A stretch of 37,906 bases of DNA from a virus: the IMG/VR virus record IMGVR_UViG_3300045988_117186, positions 1-37,906 of that record, one strand, 5' to 3'. Below, piece after piece: positions 1 to 6,633 of this stretch; the first letter of the stretch is position 1; every line of letters begins with the position of its first letter. The notes below the pieces were generated by a model. It was not told the origin of the DNA. It searched no databases and was given only the letters and a program-made list of their open reading frames with translations. A program made the translations under genes and the position numbers.

Positions 1-55
1 AAGTTTGAAGAAGTAGATGAACTTTTACAACTTATAACAGATTATGAACCAGTCC
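1..55. repeat. Terminal 55-nt identity, left copy (equals 37852..37906)
   Basis: Read directly: aagtttgaagaagtagatgaacttttacaacttataacagattatgaaccagtcc occurs at both ends. It lies in frame within one ORF, so it is most simply the overlap of a circular assembly. Confidence 0.95.
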
Positions 56-141
56 AAGATGTAGAGTACACAGAAGAACAAATAGAAGAGGTAAAAGAAG
101 ATAACGGACAAATAGAAGGGCAACAAGTAATAGAAATGTAG
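1..141 (+). CDS. recT: 3' end of the RecT-family recombinase ORF that begins at 37105 (wraps the contig junction)
   Basis: Frame 1 is open from nt 1 to TAG at 139-141 (KFEEVDELLQLITDYEPVQDVEYTEEQIEEVKEDNGQIEGQQVIEM*). It is in phase with the ORF that runs off the right end. Confidence 0.85.
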   Translation, partial: KFEEVDELLQLITDYEPVQDVEYTEEQIEEVKEDNGQIEGQQVIEM

Positions 142-187
142 CTAGGTTGGGGAGTAATCCCCTTCCTAAAAGTAAAGGAGGTTTTAT

Positions 188-1081
188 ATGCCAAAACAAT
201 ATTACTGGCTAAAACTTAAAGAAGATTTTTTTAGACAGAAAGAGATTAAAAAACTTAGAAGAATAGCTGGTGGGGATACATATACAATAATTTATCTAAA
301 AATGTTATTATTAGCAATTAAAGATGAAAACAAACTTTACTTTGAAGGTGTAGAAGATAGATTTGCAGACGAATTAGCTTTAGAACTAGATGAAGATGAA
401 GAAAATGTAGCTATGACATTAGCATTTTTAGAAAAACATAATTTAATTGAAATTATAAACGAAGAAGAGTTCTTTCTACCACAAGCAAAAGAGCTTACAG
501 GTAGCGAAAGCGAGAGTGCTGCTAGGGTTAGAAGACATAGAGAAAAAAAGAAGATGTTACAAAGTAACGGTAAAGCGTTACAATGTAACACCGATGTAAC
601 ACCAAGTAACAAAAACGTAACGACAGAGAAAGAGAAAGAGAAAGAGAAAGAGTTAGATATAGAGTTAGATATAGAGCAAAAACAGACAAACATACAAGCA
701 AACGAACTTTCCGAATTCTCTAAACTATATGAACAAAACATAGGTACTATTAATCAGTTAACAGGAGCTTGGCTTATAGAAATGTCTGAAACAATAGATT
801 TTGATTTGTTTAAAAGAGGTATAGAGATATGTACTGAAAGAGGAAAGTTAAATCTAGGCTATCTAAAAGGGATAATTAAAAGATGGCTAGATAGCAATAT
901 AACTACTTATGAACAGCTAAAGGCATATGAATTGCAAATGAAGGCAAATAAGAATAGTGACAATAAAAATTACGATATTTCAAAAGAAAAAGAAAAAGAA
1001 AAACCAAGTGTAGTACAATTACAGCCTTTCGATTTTAGCGAAGTGAGAAAAGAATTGGAGGAGATGGGAATTGAGTTATAA
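188..1081 (+). CDS. Phage replisome organizer with N-terminal phage_rep_org_N-like and C-terminal DnaD-like domains
   Basis: SD aaaggagg lies upstream. The N-terminus MPKQYYWLKLKEDFF..IYLKMLL is typical of replisome organizers. The C-terminus (SKLYEQNIG..LNLGYLKGIIKRWL) is typical of the DnaD/DnaB_2 domain. A low-complexity linker separates the two. Confidence 0.8.
   Translation: MPKQYYWLKLKEDFFRQKEIKKLRRIAGGDTYTIIYLKMLLLAIKDENKLYFEGVEDRFADELALELDEDEENVAMTLAFLEKHNLIEIINEEEFFLPQAKELTGSESESAARVRRHREKKKMLQSNGKALQCNTDVTPSNKNVTTEKEKEKEKELDIELDIEQKQTNIQANELSEFSKLYEQNIGTINQLTGAWLIEMSETIDFDLFKRGIEICTERGKLNLGYLKGIIKRWLDSNITTYEQLKAYELQMKANKNSDNKNYDISKEKEKEKPSVVQLQPFDFSEVRKELEEMGIEL
556..672. repeat. 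Iteron-like array plus tandem repeats inside the replisome organizer gene (candidate ori)
   Basis: GT(A/T)AC pentamers start at 556, 564, 577, 585, 596, 606 and 617. ATGTAACACC is repeated at 583 and 594. (AGAGAA)x4 occupies 625-648 and (AGAGTTAGATAT)x2 occupies 649-672. Confidence 0.55.
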
Positions 1082-1289
1082 ACTAGACGAAATTAGAAAA
1101 GAAGTAAATAAAAGAACTGTTCAATATGATAAAAACGAACTTGAAACAAAGCTTTTAGAAAGCCAAAGGGCATCTAGAAACAAGAAAGTAAATAACTACA
1201 TAAGAGATGTTATGTCAGGAAAAATAGAAAGCGAAATACCTAATATGAGAGAATTTATAAAAAATACAATAAGCAGAGGGAACTGTTAG
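1071..1289 (+). CDS. Hypothetical protein (72 aa), TTG start overlapping the upstream stop
   Basis: ORF with SD ggaggag 8-14 nt upstream. No recognisable motif. Confidence 0.5.
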   Translation: MSYKLDEIRKEVNKRTVQYDKNELETKLLESQRASRNKKVNNYIRDVMSGKIESEIPNMREFIKNTISRGNC

Positions 1290-1300
1290 GAGGCGATGAA

Positions 1301-1561
1301 ATGCTAATAGCTGCATCAGATAAGAAATATGGCATGCGTATAGAAATAAGCGAGAAAAGCACTACAGAAGAATTATTAGATGAAACAGTTGAATTTACAA
1401 TAAGAATGCTTATCGAAATAAAGAAAAGAAAAAATATGTCGATGGACGACTTAAAAACAAGTTATATATCATTAATCGAAATGTACATAAAAGAAATTAG
1501 CCAAATAAATTACGATTTAGATGGCATTGACAATGTTATTGATCTAGATTCAAGAAGATAA
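1301..1561 (+). CDS. Hypothetical protein (86 aa)
   Basis: ATG preceded by SD taggaggcg. No recognisable motif. Confidence 0.6.
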   Translation: MLIAASDKKYGMRIEISEKSTTEELLDETVEFTIRMLIEIKKRKNMSMDDLKTSYISLIEMYIKEISQINYDLDGIDNVIDLDSRR

Positions 1562-1623
1562 CATGCAAATAACAACTATAGATTGAGAGGGGCTTGTTAG
1601 TCCCTCGAAAGGGGGATAATCGG

Positions 1624-2166
1624 ATGGCACCAAGACTATCAGATTTAGAAAAGAGAAAGATAAAAAGATTGCATAGCAAAGGCTATTCAATACTTGCTAT
1701 CTCAAATGAAATGGATAGAAGCGACTGGACTATAAGAAAATACATAAAGGATACAAAACTTACTAGAGAACCAAAAGTTGTAGATTTGACAGGTAAAATA
1801 TATGGGAAATTAGTTGTACTAGAACTAGATCACGTAGAAAAACGCAGATACTGGAAATGCAAATGTGAGTGCGGAAATATAACAGTAGTACAAGAGGGAA
1901 ACTTAAAAAGTGGGACAACTAAGAGTTGCGGATGCTTAAGAAAAAACTATATTAACCACAAAAAACTTAACGTGAAACAAGTTAAAACAAGAAATAACCA
2001 AGGTGGAGTTTACTATCTTCAAGCTGGAGAGATAATCTTGAAAGGTAATTATGAAAGCGAGAAAAAATGCAGCAAAATAAAAGAATACAAATTAAGTCCT
2101 GAGGAACTAGAAAAATATCTAGAAAAATTGAAAATTAAAGAGGTGCAATATAGAAAAAACGATTAA
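1624..2166 (+). CDS. Putative DNA-binding protein: N-terminal HTH plus Cys4 zinc-ribbon
   Basis: I prefer the ATG at 1624 (SD aaggggga) to the TTG at 1594. HTH-like SKGYSILAISNEMDRSDWTIRKYI. Phage-typical motif YGKLVVLE..WKCKCECGN..SCGC. Confidence 0.6.
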   Translation: MAPRLSDLEKRKIKRLHSKGYSILAISNEMDRSDWTIRKYIKDTKLTREPKVVDLTGKIYGKLVVLELDHVEKRRYWKCKCECGNITVVQEGNLKSGTTKSCGCLRKNYINHKKLNVKQVKTRNNQGGVYYLQAGEIILKGNYESEKKCSKIKEYKLSPEELEKYLEKLKIKEVQYRKND

Positions 2167-2199
2167 AAATAAAAGAGAGAAGGTTATTTCCCTTCTCTC
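2165..2199 (-). terminator. Intrinsic terminator of the antisense RHH/GIY-YIG operon
   Basis: 9-bp stem GAGAGAAGG(2175-2183)/CCTTCTCTC(2191-2199). On the minus strand it is followed by ttttattttt. It overlaps the stop of the GIY-YIG ORF. Confidence 0.7.
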
Positions 2200-2630
2200 G
2201 ACTTAAGATAATCAGCTATTAACTTTTCTAATATCTTAGATACATCGGTATTTTCTTTGATAGCTTGAACTTTAATAGCTTTAATTAGTTCACTATCAAG
2301 TGTAAGTGGTAGTTTGCTTTTTTTAACATCTTTCAAAGATTTAACTTGAGAACGAGTAGCTTTTGAAGAATTATAACCGTTTTCTATTGAATTATATTTA
2401 TCTATATAATATTGTTCAATACTTACTAATACATCAAGATTTTCGATATTATCTTTTAATATAGAAATATGAAAATGTTCTTTACCAATTTCACTTATTG
2501 CTTTTCCAAGTTTAGTATATTTGGTATTGCAATGCTGTTTAAATCTTTCATGTATAGAATTGGTTGTTTGACCTATATATACTTTAGAATTAACATCATT
2601 AGTTATTATATAGACTTTACAAGTTCTCAT
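2184..2630 (-). CDS. GIY-YIG nuclease domain fused to a C-terminal ribbon-helix-helix domain
   Basis: Motifs KVYIITN, KVYIGQT, R in HERFKQH, E in SIEQYYIDKY, NGYN. C-terminal RHH pattern LPLTLDSELIKAIKVQAIKENTDVSKILEKLIADYLKS. SD taggagg. Confidence 0.75.
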   Translation of the reverse strand: MRTCKVYIITNDVNSKVYIGQTTNSIHERFKQHCNTKYTKLGKAISEIGKEHFHISILKDNIENLDVLVSIEQYYIDKYNSIENGYNSSKATRSQVKSLKDVKKSKLPLTLDSELIKAIKVQAIKENTDVSKILEKLIADYLKSREGK

Positions 2631-2644
2631 TATATCGCCTCCTA

Positions 2645-2812
2645 TTAGCTATTCTTTTTAATAGATTTTAATAATTCAGATATTGCTTTATCTAGCAATT
2701 TAGATATTGGGATCATGCTTTCTTTTGAATATTGTTGTAACTCTTTCCAAAGTTTGGTATCGACTGCATTTGATATCCTTGTTCTGTTTTTTAATTTATA
2801 TTTATCAACCAT
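2645..2812 (-). CDS. Small ribbon-helix-helix protein (55 aa), absent from the ORF track
   Basis: My reverse-complement translation is MVDKYKLKNRTRISNAVDTKLWKELQQYSKESMIPISKLLDKAISELLKSIKKNS*. SD GAGGTG lies 6 nt upstream. It ends 14 nt before the GIY-YIG ATG. Its helix 2 resembles the RHH of the downstream protein. Confidence 0.65.
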   Translation of the reverse strand: MVDKYKLKNRTRISNAVDTKLWKELQQYSKESMIPISKLLDKAISELLKSIKKNS

Positions 2813-2829
2813 TATATCACCTCAGTTTT

Positions 2830-2857
2830 ATTATAATTATTATAATATATATGTCAA
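2830..2857 (-). promoter_or_regulatory. Near-consensus sigma-A type promoter for the antisense cassette
   Basis: On the minus strand: TTGACA (2857-2852), 16 nt, TATAAT (2835-2830). It overlaps the tandem ATTATAAT repeat at 2830-2837 and 2839-2846. Confidence 0.6.
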
Positions 2858-2861
2858 CTAC

Positions 2862-2890
2862 TTGCAAGTGCTTTCAAAAAACGTTACAAT
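2862..2890 (+). promoter_or_regulatory. Near-consensus promoter upstream of the HNH endonuclease gene
   Basis: TTGCAA (2862-2867), 17 nt, TACAAT (2885-2890). It sits back-to-back with the minus-strand promoter. Confidence 0.6.
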
Positions 2891-2924
2891 ATAATTAAGA
2901 AATGAATAACGGAGGTCGAAATAT

Positions 2925-3539
2925 ATGCAAGAACAATGGAAACCTATAGAAGAATTTGAAAACTACGAAGTTAGTAGCTTAGGAAATGTAAGAAGTTTAA
3001 ATTACAAACGAACTGGAGAAATAAAAATACTTAAACCACAACAAGACAAAAATGGATATTTAATCGTTAATTTATATAAAAACAGAAAACTTTTCCATAA
3101 AAAAGTACATCGTTTAGTAGCTGGGGCTTTCATACCTAATCCAAAGAGAAAAACACAAGTAAATCATAAAGATGGAGATAAACAAAATAATAAAATTTCA
3201 AACCTAGAATGGACAACTTGTAAAGAAAATATTATTCATTGTCATGAAACAGGATTATGGAAACCAAAGTATGGAAATGAACACCATAATTACGGGAAGT
3301 GTTTATCAGAAAAAACTAAACAGAAAATGAGAGAGCAAAGAAAAGGGGAATTAAATTCAAATTCTAAAAGAGTAATATGCATAACTACAGGTGAAACATT
3401 TAGATATATAAGAGAAGCAGCAAGACAATATAACGTAGCAGCTGAAAGTATAGGCAGAGCATGTAAAGGACGTTCAAAAACAGCAGGCAGACATCCTGTA
3501 ACAGGTGAAAAATTAAAATGGGAATATGTGGAGGATTAA
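2925..3539 (+). CDS. HNH homing endonuclease (NUMOD4 + HNH_3 + C-terminal NUMOD1/IENR1-like HTH)
   Basis: EQWKPIEEFENYEVSSLGNVRS (NUMOD4). VHRLVAGAFIPNP..VNHKDGDKQNNKISNLEW (HNH). VICITTGETFRYIREAARQYNV (IENR1/NUMOD1-like). Confidence 0.85.
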   Translation: MQEQWKPIEEFENYEVSSLGNVRSLNYKRTGEIKILKPQQDKNGYLIVNLYKNRKLFHKKVHRLVAGAFIPNPKRKTQVNHKDGDKQNNKISNLEWTTCKENIIHCHETGLWKPKYGNEHHNYGKCLSEKTKQKMREQRKGELNSNSKRVICITTGETFRYIREAARQYNVAAESIGRACKGRSKTAGRHPVTGEKLKWEYVED

Positions 3540-3541
3540 AC

Positions 3542-3895
3542 ATGAAAGGTGAAGATTTAGAACAAGCAACTTTGATTCAATGGTGCAACTTACAATCTTG
3601 TAAATATTCAGAATTAAAAATGATATTCGCTATTCCTAATGGGGGATATAGAAATAAAGGAGAAGCTAGAAAACTAAAAGCTACAGGGACAAAATCAGGA
3701 GTGCCAGATTTGTTCCTGGCTGTACCTAGAAATAACAAATCAGGATTATTCATTGAAATGAAGGTTGGACGCAATAAATGCACTGATAACCAAAAGGAAT
3801 GGATTAGAAGGCTAATGGAACAGGGATATGAGGTTAAGGTTTGTTACAGCTGCGAAGAAGCAATACAAACTATCAAGAAATACTTAGGGATTTAG
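3542..3895 (+). CDS. VRR-NUC domain nuclease
   Basis: ATG at 3542 with SD ggagga. Motifs AIPNGG..GTKSGVPDLFL..GLFIEMKVG..Q..W fit the PD-(D/E)xK VRR-NUC pattern. Confidence 0.8.
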   Translation: MKGEDLEQATLIQWCNLQSCKYSELKMIFAIPNGGYRNKGEARKLKATGTKSGVPDLFLAVPRNNKSGLFIEMKVGRNKCTDNQKEWIRRLMEQGYEVKVCYSCEEAIQTIKKYLGI

Positions 3896-3920
3896 ATTAA
3901 ACGTAATAGGGGGAAAAGAA

Positions 3921-4475
3921 ATGGACAGAGAAGAAAAAAATAAATTAGCAGAAGAAAACATAGCATTAGTTTATTCAATAGTTAACAAGAGATTTAATTA
4001 CAAAAGCATTACAAAAGAAGATAAAGAAAACTACATTGGGGAAGGGATTGTAGGGCTAGTAAAGGCAATTAACAAATTCGATGAGAATAAAGGTTTTGCA
4101 TTCTCTACATTCGCCTACAAATGCATAAATGGGGAAATATCTATGTATATAACAAAACAAAAATGTCAAAAGAGAAAGGTTGATGCTGAGTGTAAGGCAT
4201 CAATCGACAACAAAGTGCCACATTGTGAAGAACTAGAATATAGTGATTGGCTAATGGATATGAAAGATGATTATTCTTCTCTAGGAGAAAAAGAACATAT
4301 ATTGGACATGCTTGAAAAAACAAAGATAAAAGATATAAAAACTATTGTTGTAAAGAAAGCAGAAGGATACAAAAATAAAGAAATAGCAAAAATGATTGGA
4401 GCAAACGAAAATACAATCAGGAAAAGATTAGATAAAGCAAGAGATAAATTATTTGAATTAGGGATAACAGCATAG
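3921..4475 (+). CDS. Sigma-70 family RNA polymerase sigma factor (phage-encoded)
   Basis: Region 2-like GEGIVGLVKAINKFDENKGFAFSTFAYKCINGEISMYI. Region 4 HTH-like EGYKNKEIAKMIGANENTIRKRLDKARDKL. SD aggggga. Confidence 0.8.
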   Translation: MDREEKNKLAEENIALVYSIVNKRFNYKSITKEDKENYIGEGIVGLVKAINKFDENKGFAFSTFAYKCINGEISMYITKQKCQKRKVDAECKASIDNKVPHCEELEYSDWLMDMKDDYSSLGEKEHILDMLEKTKIKDIKTIVVKKAEGYKNKEIAKMIGANENTIRKRLDKARDKLFELGITA

Positions 4476-4483
4476 GTGATGCT

Positions 4484-4738
4484 ATGGAATTTGAATGTGA
4501 AAACCTAACAACTCTAGGATGCCCAAGAATGGACGCAGTAAAAGAGTTAATGTTATTTGAACAAATAGAATGTGATATAGAACTGGATTTAAATAAAATA
4601 TGCAAACGACAATGCTGCAAAGACTGCGATAACAAATGCAGTTATGAATGTGGCAGAGTAAAATATTTAGATCCAGTAGAACAATTTAAGAAAGAAGAAA
4701 TAGGACAAGTTAGTTATAAGCAATTAAGTTTTTTCTAG
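4484..4738 (+). CDS. Cys-rich small protein ending in SYKQLSFF
   Basis: 84-aa ORF. Cys cluster CKRQCCKDCDNKCSYEC. The C-terminal tail is shared with the next ORF. Confidence 0.6.
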   Translation: MEFECENLTTLGCPRMDAVKELMLFEQIECDIELDLNKICKRQCCKDCDNKCSYECGRVKYLDPVEQFKKEEIGQVSYKQLSFF

Positions 4739-4750
4739 GGGGTGAAAAGT

Positions 4751-5089
4751 ATGAATACTATACCTGAATTTGTAAAACAGGGATTTTTACAAGAGTACCG
4801 ATGTATTTATAGTGGATTTGAAGATGATTTAGACAAAATAAAAGGGAAAGAAAATAAAATAGATTTCTTTAAACAAGAATTCTCTACATCGCGTTATGGA
4901 TGTTATGAAGCAAATAAAAATCTAAATTGCTTTTTAGGATTAAATTCAAAAAATAAAGGCATTAAAATTATATATAAAAAAGATGGGAAAATACAAGATA
5001 AGATAATTAGTTATAAAACTTGTATTGAGTGGATAGAAGAGAGTAAGCAAAGAAAAATACAATCTTATGAACAACTTAGTTTCTTCTAA
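4751..5089 (+). CDS. Small protein ending in SYEQLSFF
   Basis: I prefer the ATG at 4751 (SD aggggg at 4736-4741) to the GTG at 4742. The C-terminal tail is shared with the previous ORF. Confidence 0.6.
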   Translation: MNTIPEFVKQGFLQEYRCIYSGFEDDLDKIKGKENKIDFFKQEFSTSRYGCYEANKNLNCFLGLNSKNKGIKIIYKKDGKIQDKIISYKTCIEWIEESKQRKIQSYEQLSFF

Positions 5090-5100
5090 AGGAGGTTGAA

Positions 5101-5232
5101 ATGATATTAAGCAAAGTGAATGAGATAGTAAATAGAGCAAAAGAAATAATGGAAGCTAAGGGGACAAGTCCTCTAGCTTCTGTAATAAAAGCAATAGAAG
5201 AAGTAGAAAGAGAATTGGAGGAGGACAAATAA
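5101..5232 (+). CDS. Small hypothetical protein (43 aa), not in the ORF track
   Basis: SD aaggagg lies 6 nt upstream. Translation MILSKVNEIVNRAKEIMEAKGTSPLASVIKAIEEVERELEEDK*. Its stop abuts the next ATG. Confidence 0.5.
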   Translation: MILSKVNEIVNRAKEIMEAKGTSPLASVIKAIEEVERELEEDK

Positions 5233-5373
5233 ATGGTAGAAGAAATAAAACAAGCACTAGAAACAATAAAGAAAGTGTGCAATAAACAAGACGACTGTGA
5301 AGGTTGCCCAATATCTAAGGTATTAGGATATAGTTGCCAAGAGGTAGCTATTCCAGAAGAATGGGAAGTATAA
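5233..5373 (+). CDS. Small hypothetical Cys-containing protein (46 aa), not in the ORF track
   Basis: Translation MVEEIKQALETIKKVCNKQDDCEGCPISKVLGYSCQEVAIPEEWEV*. SD ggaggagg lies upstream. Confidence 0.45.
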   Translation: MVEEIKQALETIKKVCNKQDDCEGCPISKVLGYSCQEVAIPEEWEV

Positions 5374-5396
5374 ATAATTTATTAAGGAGATTGAAT

Positions 5397-5792
5397 ATGA
5401 CTAAAGAAGAATTAATGCAATATGGGAGTATAGAATTAGAAGTAAAACAAATAAAAGAAAGAATAGAATACCTAGAAGAAAAGAAAACAAGTATAAAAAG
5501 CCAAGTTATAACAGATATGCCTGTAGGTGGAGGAGAAGGGACAGATATATTGACATTAATAACAAAAATCGAAGATAGTCAGATTGAATTGATACAAAAG
5601 CAAAGTAAATTAGTAGATATAATGGAAAGTATAGAACATACAATAGACGGATTAGAAGATAGTACAGAAAGATTAATATTGAGATCTAGATATTTGCAAT
5701 GTAAGAAATGGGAAGAAATATGCGTAGAACTTAATTACAGCTGGAGACAAATACATAGATTGCACTCAAATATACTTAAGAAAATAGCTTAG
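5397..5792 (+). CDS. DUF1492/ArpU-like phage transcriptional regulator (sigma-70 region-4-like)
   Basis: ATG at 5397 with SD aaggag. The C-terminus ERLILRSRYLQCKKWEEICVELNYSWRQIHRLHSNILKKI resembles a region-4 HTH. Regulators of this kind typically sit upstream of the late genes. Confidence 0.6.
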   Translation: MTKEELMQYGSIELEVKQIKERIEYLEEKKTSIKSQVITDMPVGGGEGTDILTLITKIEDSQIELIQKQSKLVDIMESIEHTIDGLEDSTERLILRSRYLQCKKWEEICVELNYSWRQIHRLHSNILKKIA

Positions 5793-5886
5793 GAGGGAGA
5801 TATGGAAGCAATAATATCAGATGTAATATTTCTGTTAGTAATAGTAATTTAGATAGCAAGTAGATTATTTATATAAGGGGGATAAT

Positions 5887-6576
5887 ATGTTTACAATAAA
5901 TGATTTTAAAGTAAAATTAGTTAATGGAGAAGAAGTAAAAAACTTTGTAAAAAGACATGGAGAATTTAGTAAAGTGTGTTATGATACTCCAAAAGAAAAA
6001 GCAGAAAAAGTAGGAGAACATTGCTTAGAAAGTGGACATCTAAGTGGAAGTAGACACTTATATATGGTATTTGAATTAGAAAATGTACCTCGCAGCCTAA
6101 TTGATCAGTTGGTTCGCCATGAACAAGGAGTAGTAAAAAACGTGCAATCTCTTAGATATTGCAACAAAAAAGAAAATGTTAATGTATATGTGGCTCCTGA
6201 GGTAATGGAAGATGTATATTTAAGAGCAGAAATTATAGGAATAGAGCAAATTATTCGTAAATCTTACGAAAATATCCAAGCTACACTAAAAGATGCTGGA
6301 CTAACAGGAGAAAAAAGTAATGAAATAGCCAGAACAATACTACCAATAGGAATAAGTACAAAATGTAGTTTTGCAGTAAATTTAGAAGGATTAATTCATC
6401 TTGCTAATGTTAGACTTTGCAATAGAGCAGAGCTTCCAATTAGAACAATGGTAAAAGAAATGGTAAGACAAGTTGTAGAAGTAGAGCCAAGATATAAACC
6501 TTTCTTAGTACCTAATTGTAAGAAACTTGGATATTGTCCAGAAGGTAATAAAGAATGCTTAAGATATAAGAAATAA
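5887..6576 (+). CDS. thyX: ThyX-like (flavin-dependent thymidylate synthase fold) protein with a non-canonical signature motif
   Basis: ESGHLSGSRHLYMVFELENVPRSLIDQLVRHEQGVVKNVQSLRY resembles the ThyX core (GHxS..SR..QxxRHR-x7-S-x-RY). However, the motif reads RHE and the spacing is 8. Confidence 0.6.
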   Translation: MFTINDFKVKLVNGEEVKNFVKRHGEFSKVCYDTPKEKAEKVGEHCLESGHLSGSRHLYMVFELENVPRSLIDQLVRHEQGVVKNVQSLRYCNKKENVNVYVAPEVMEDVYLRAEIIGIEQIIRKSYENIQATLKDAGLTGEKSNEIARTILPIGISTKCSFAVNLEGLIHLANVRLCNRAELPIRTMVKEMVRQVVEVEPRYKPFLVPNCKKLGYCPEGNKECLRYKK

Positions 6577-6599
6577 AACTAAATAAAGTTACGTAAAGG

Positions 6600-6633
6600 A
6601 ATAGGCTAGTATTAAGTTACTGGCCTATTTTTT
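6600..6633 (+). terminator. Strong intrinsic terminator after the ThyX-like gene
   Basis: 12-bp stem AATAGGCTAGTA/TACTGGCCTATT (one G-U pair), loop TTAAGT, followed by a run of six T. Confidence 0.8.

Noticed and set aside
1-55. 55-bp end repeat as a biological direct terminal repeat or cos region
   Set aside because: It lies in the middle of the recT ORF, far from the terminase genes. Its length equals a common assembler k-mer. An assembly overlap of a circular or permuted genome is the simpler reading, but this cannot be excluded without reads.
337-741. 134-aa minus-strand ORF inside the replisome organizer gene
   Set aside because: It is the antisense shadow of the low-complexity/repeat region (an SFSFSFS run mirrors EKEKEK). 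It has no SD and no plausible fold.
2707-2898. 63-aa plus-strand ORF from the track
   Set aside because: It overlaps the better-supported minus-strand RHH ORF (good SD, coherent fold pattern) and the two divergent promoters. Its sequence is Ile/Leu/Phe junk typical of AT-rich DNA.
6612-6617. Identical TTAAGT loops in the two strongest terminators (6600-6633 and 29855-29886)
   Set aside because: This is a 6-nt coincidence in an AT-rich genome, the stems are unrelated, and there is no evidence of a shared element.
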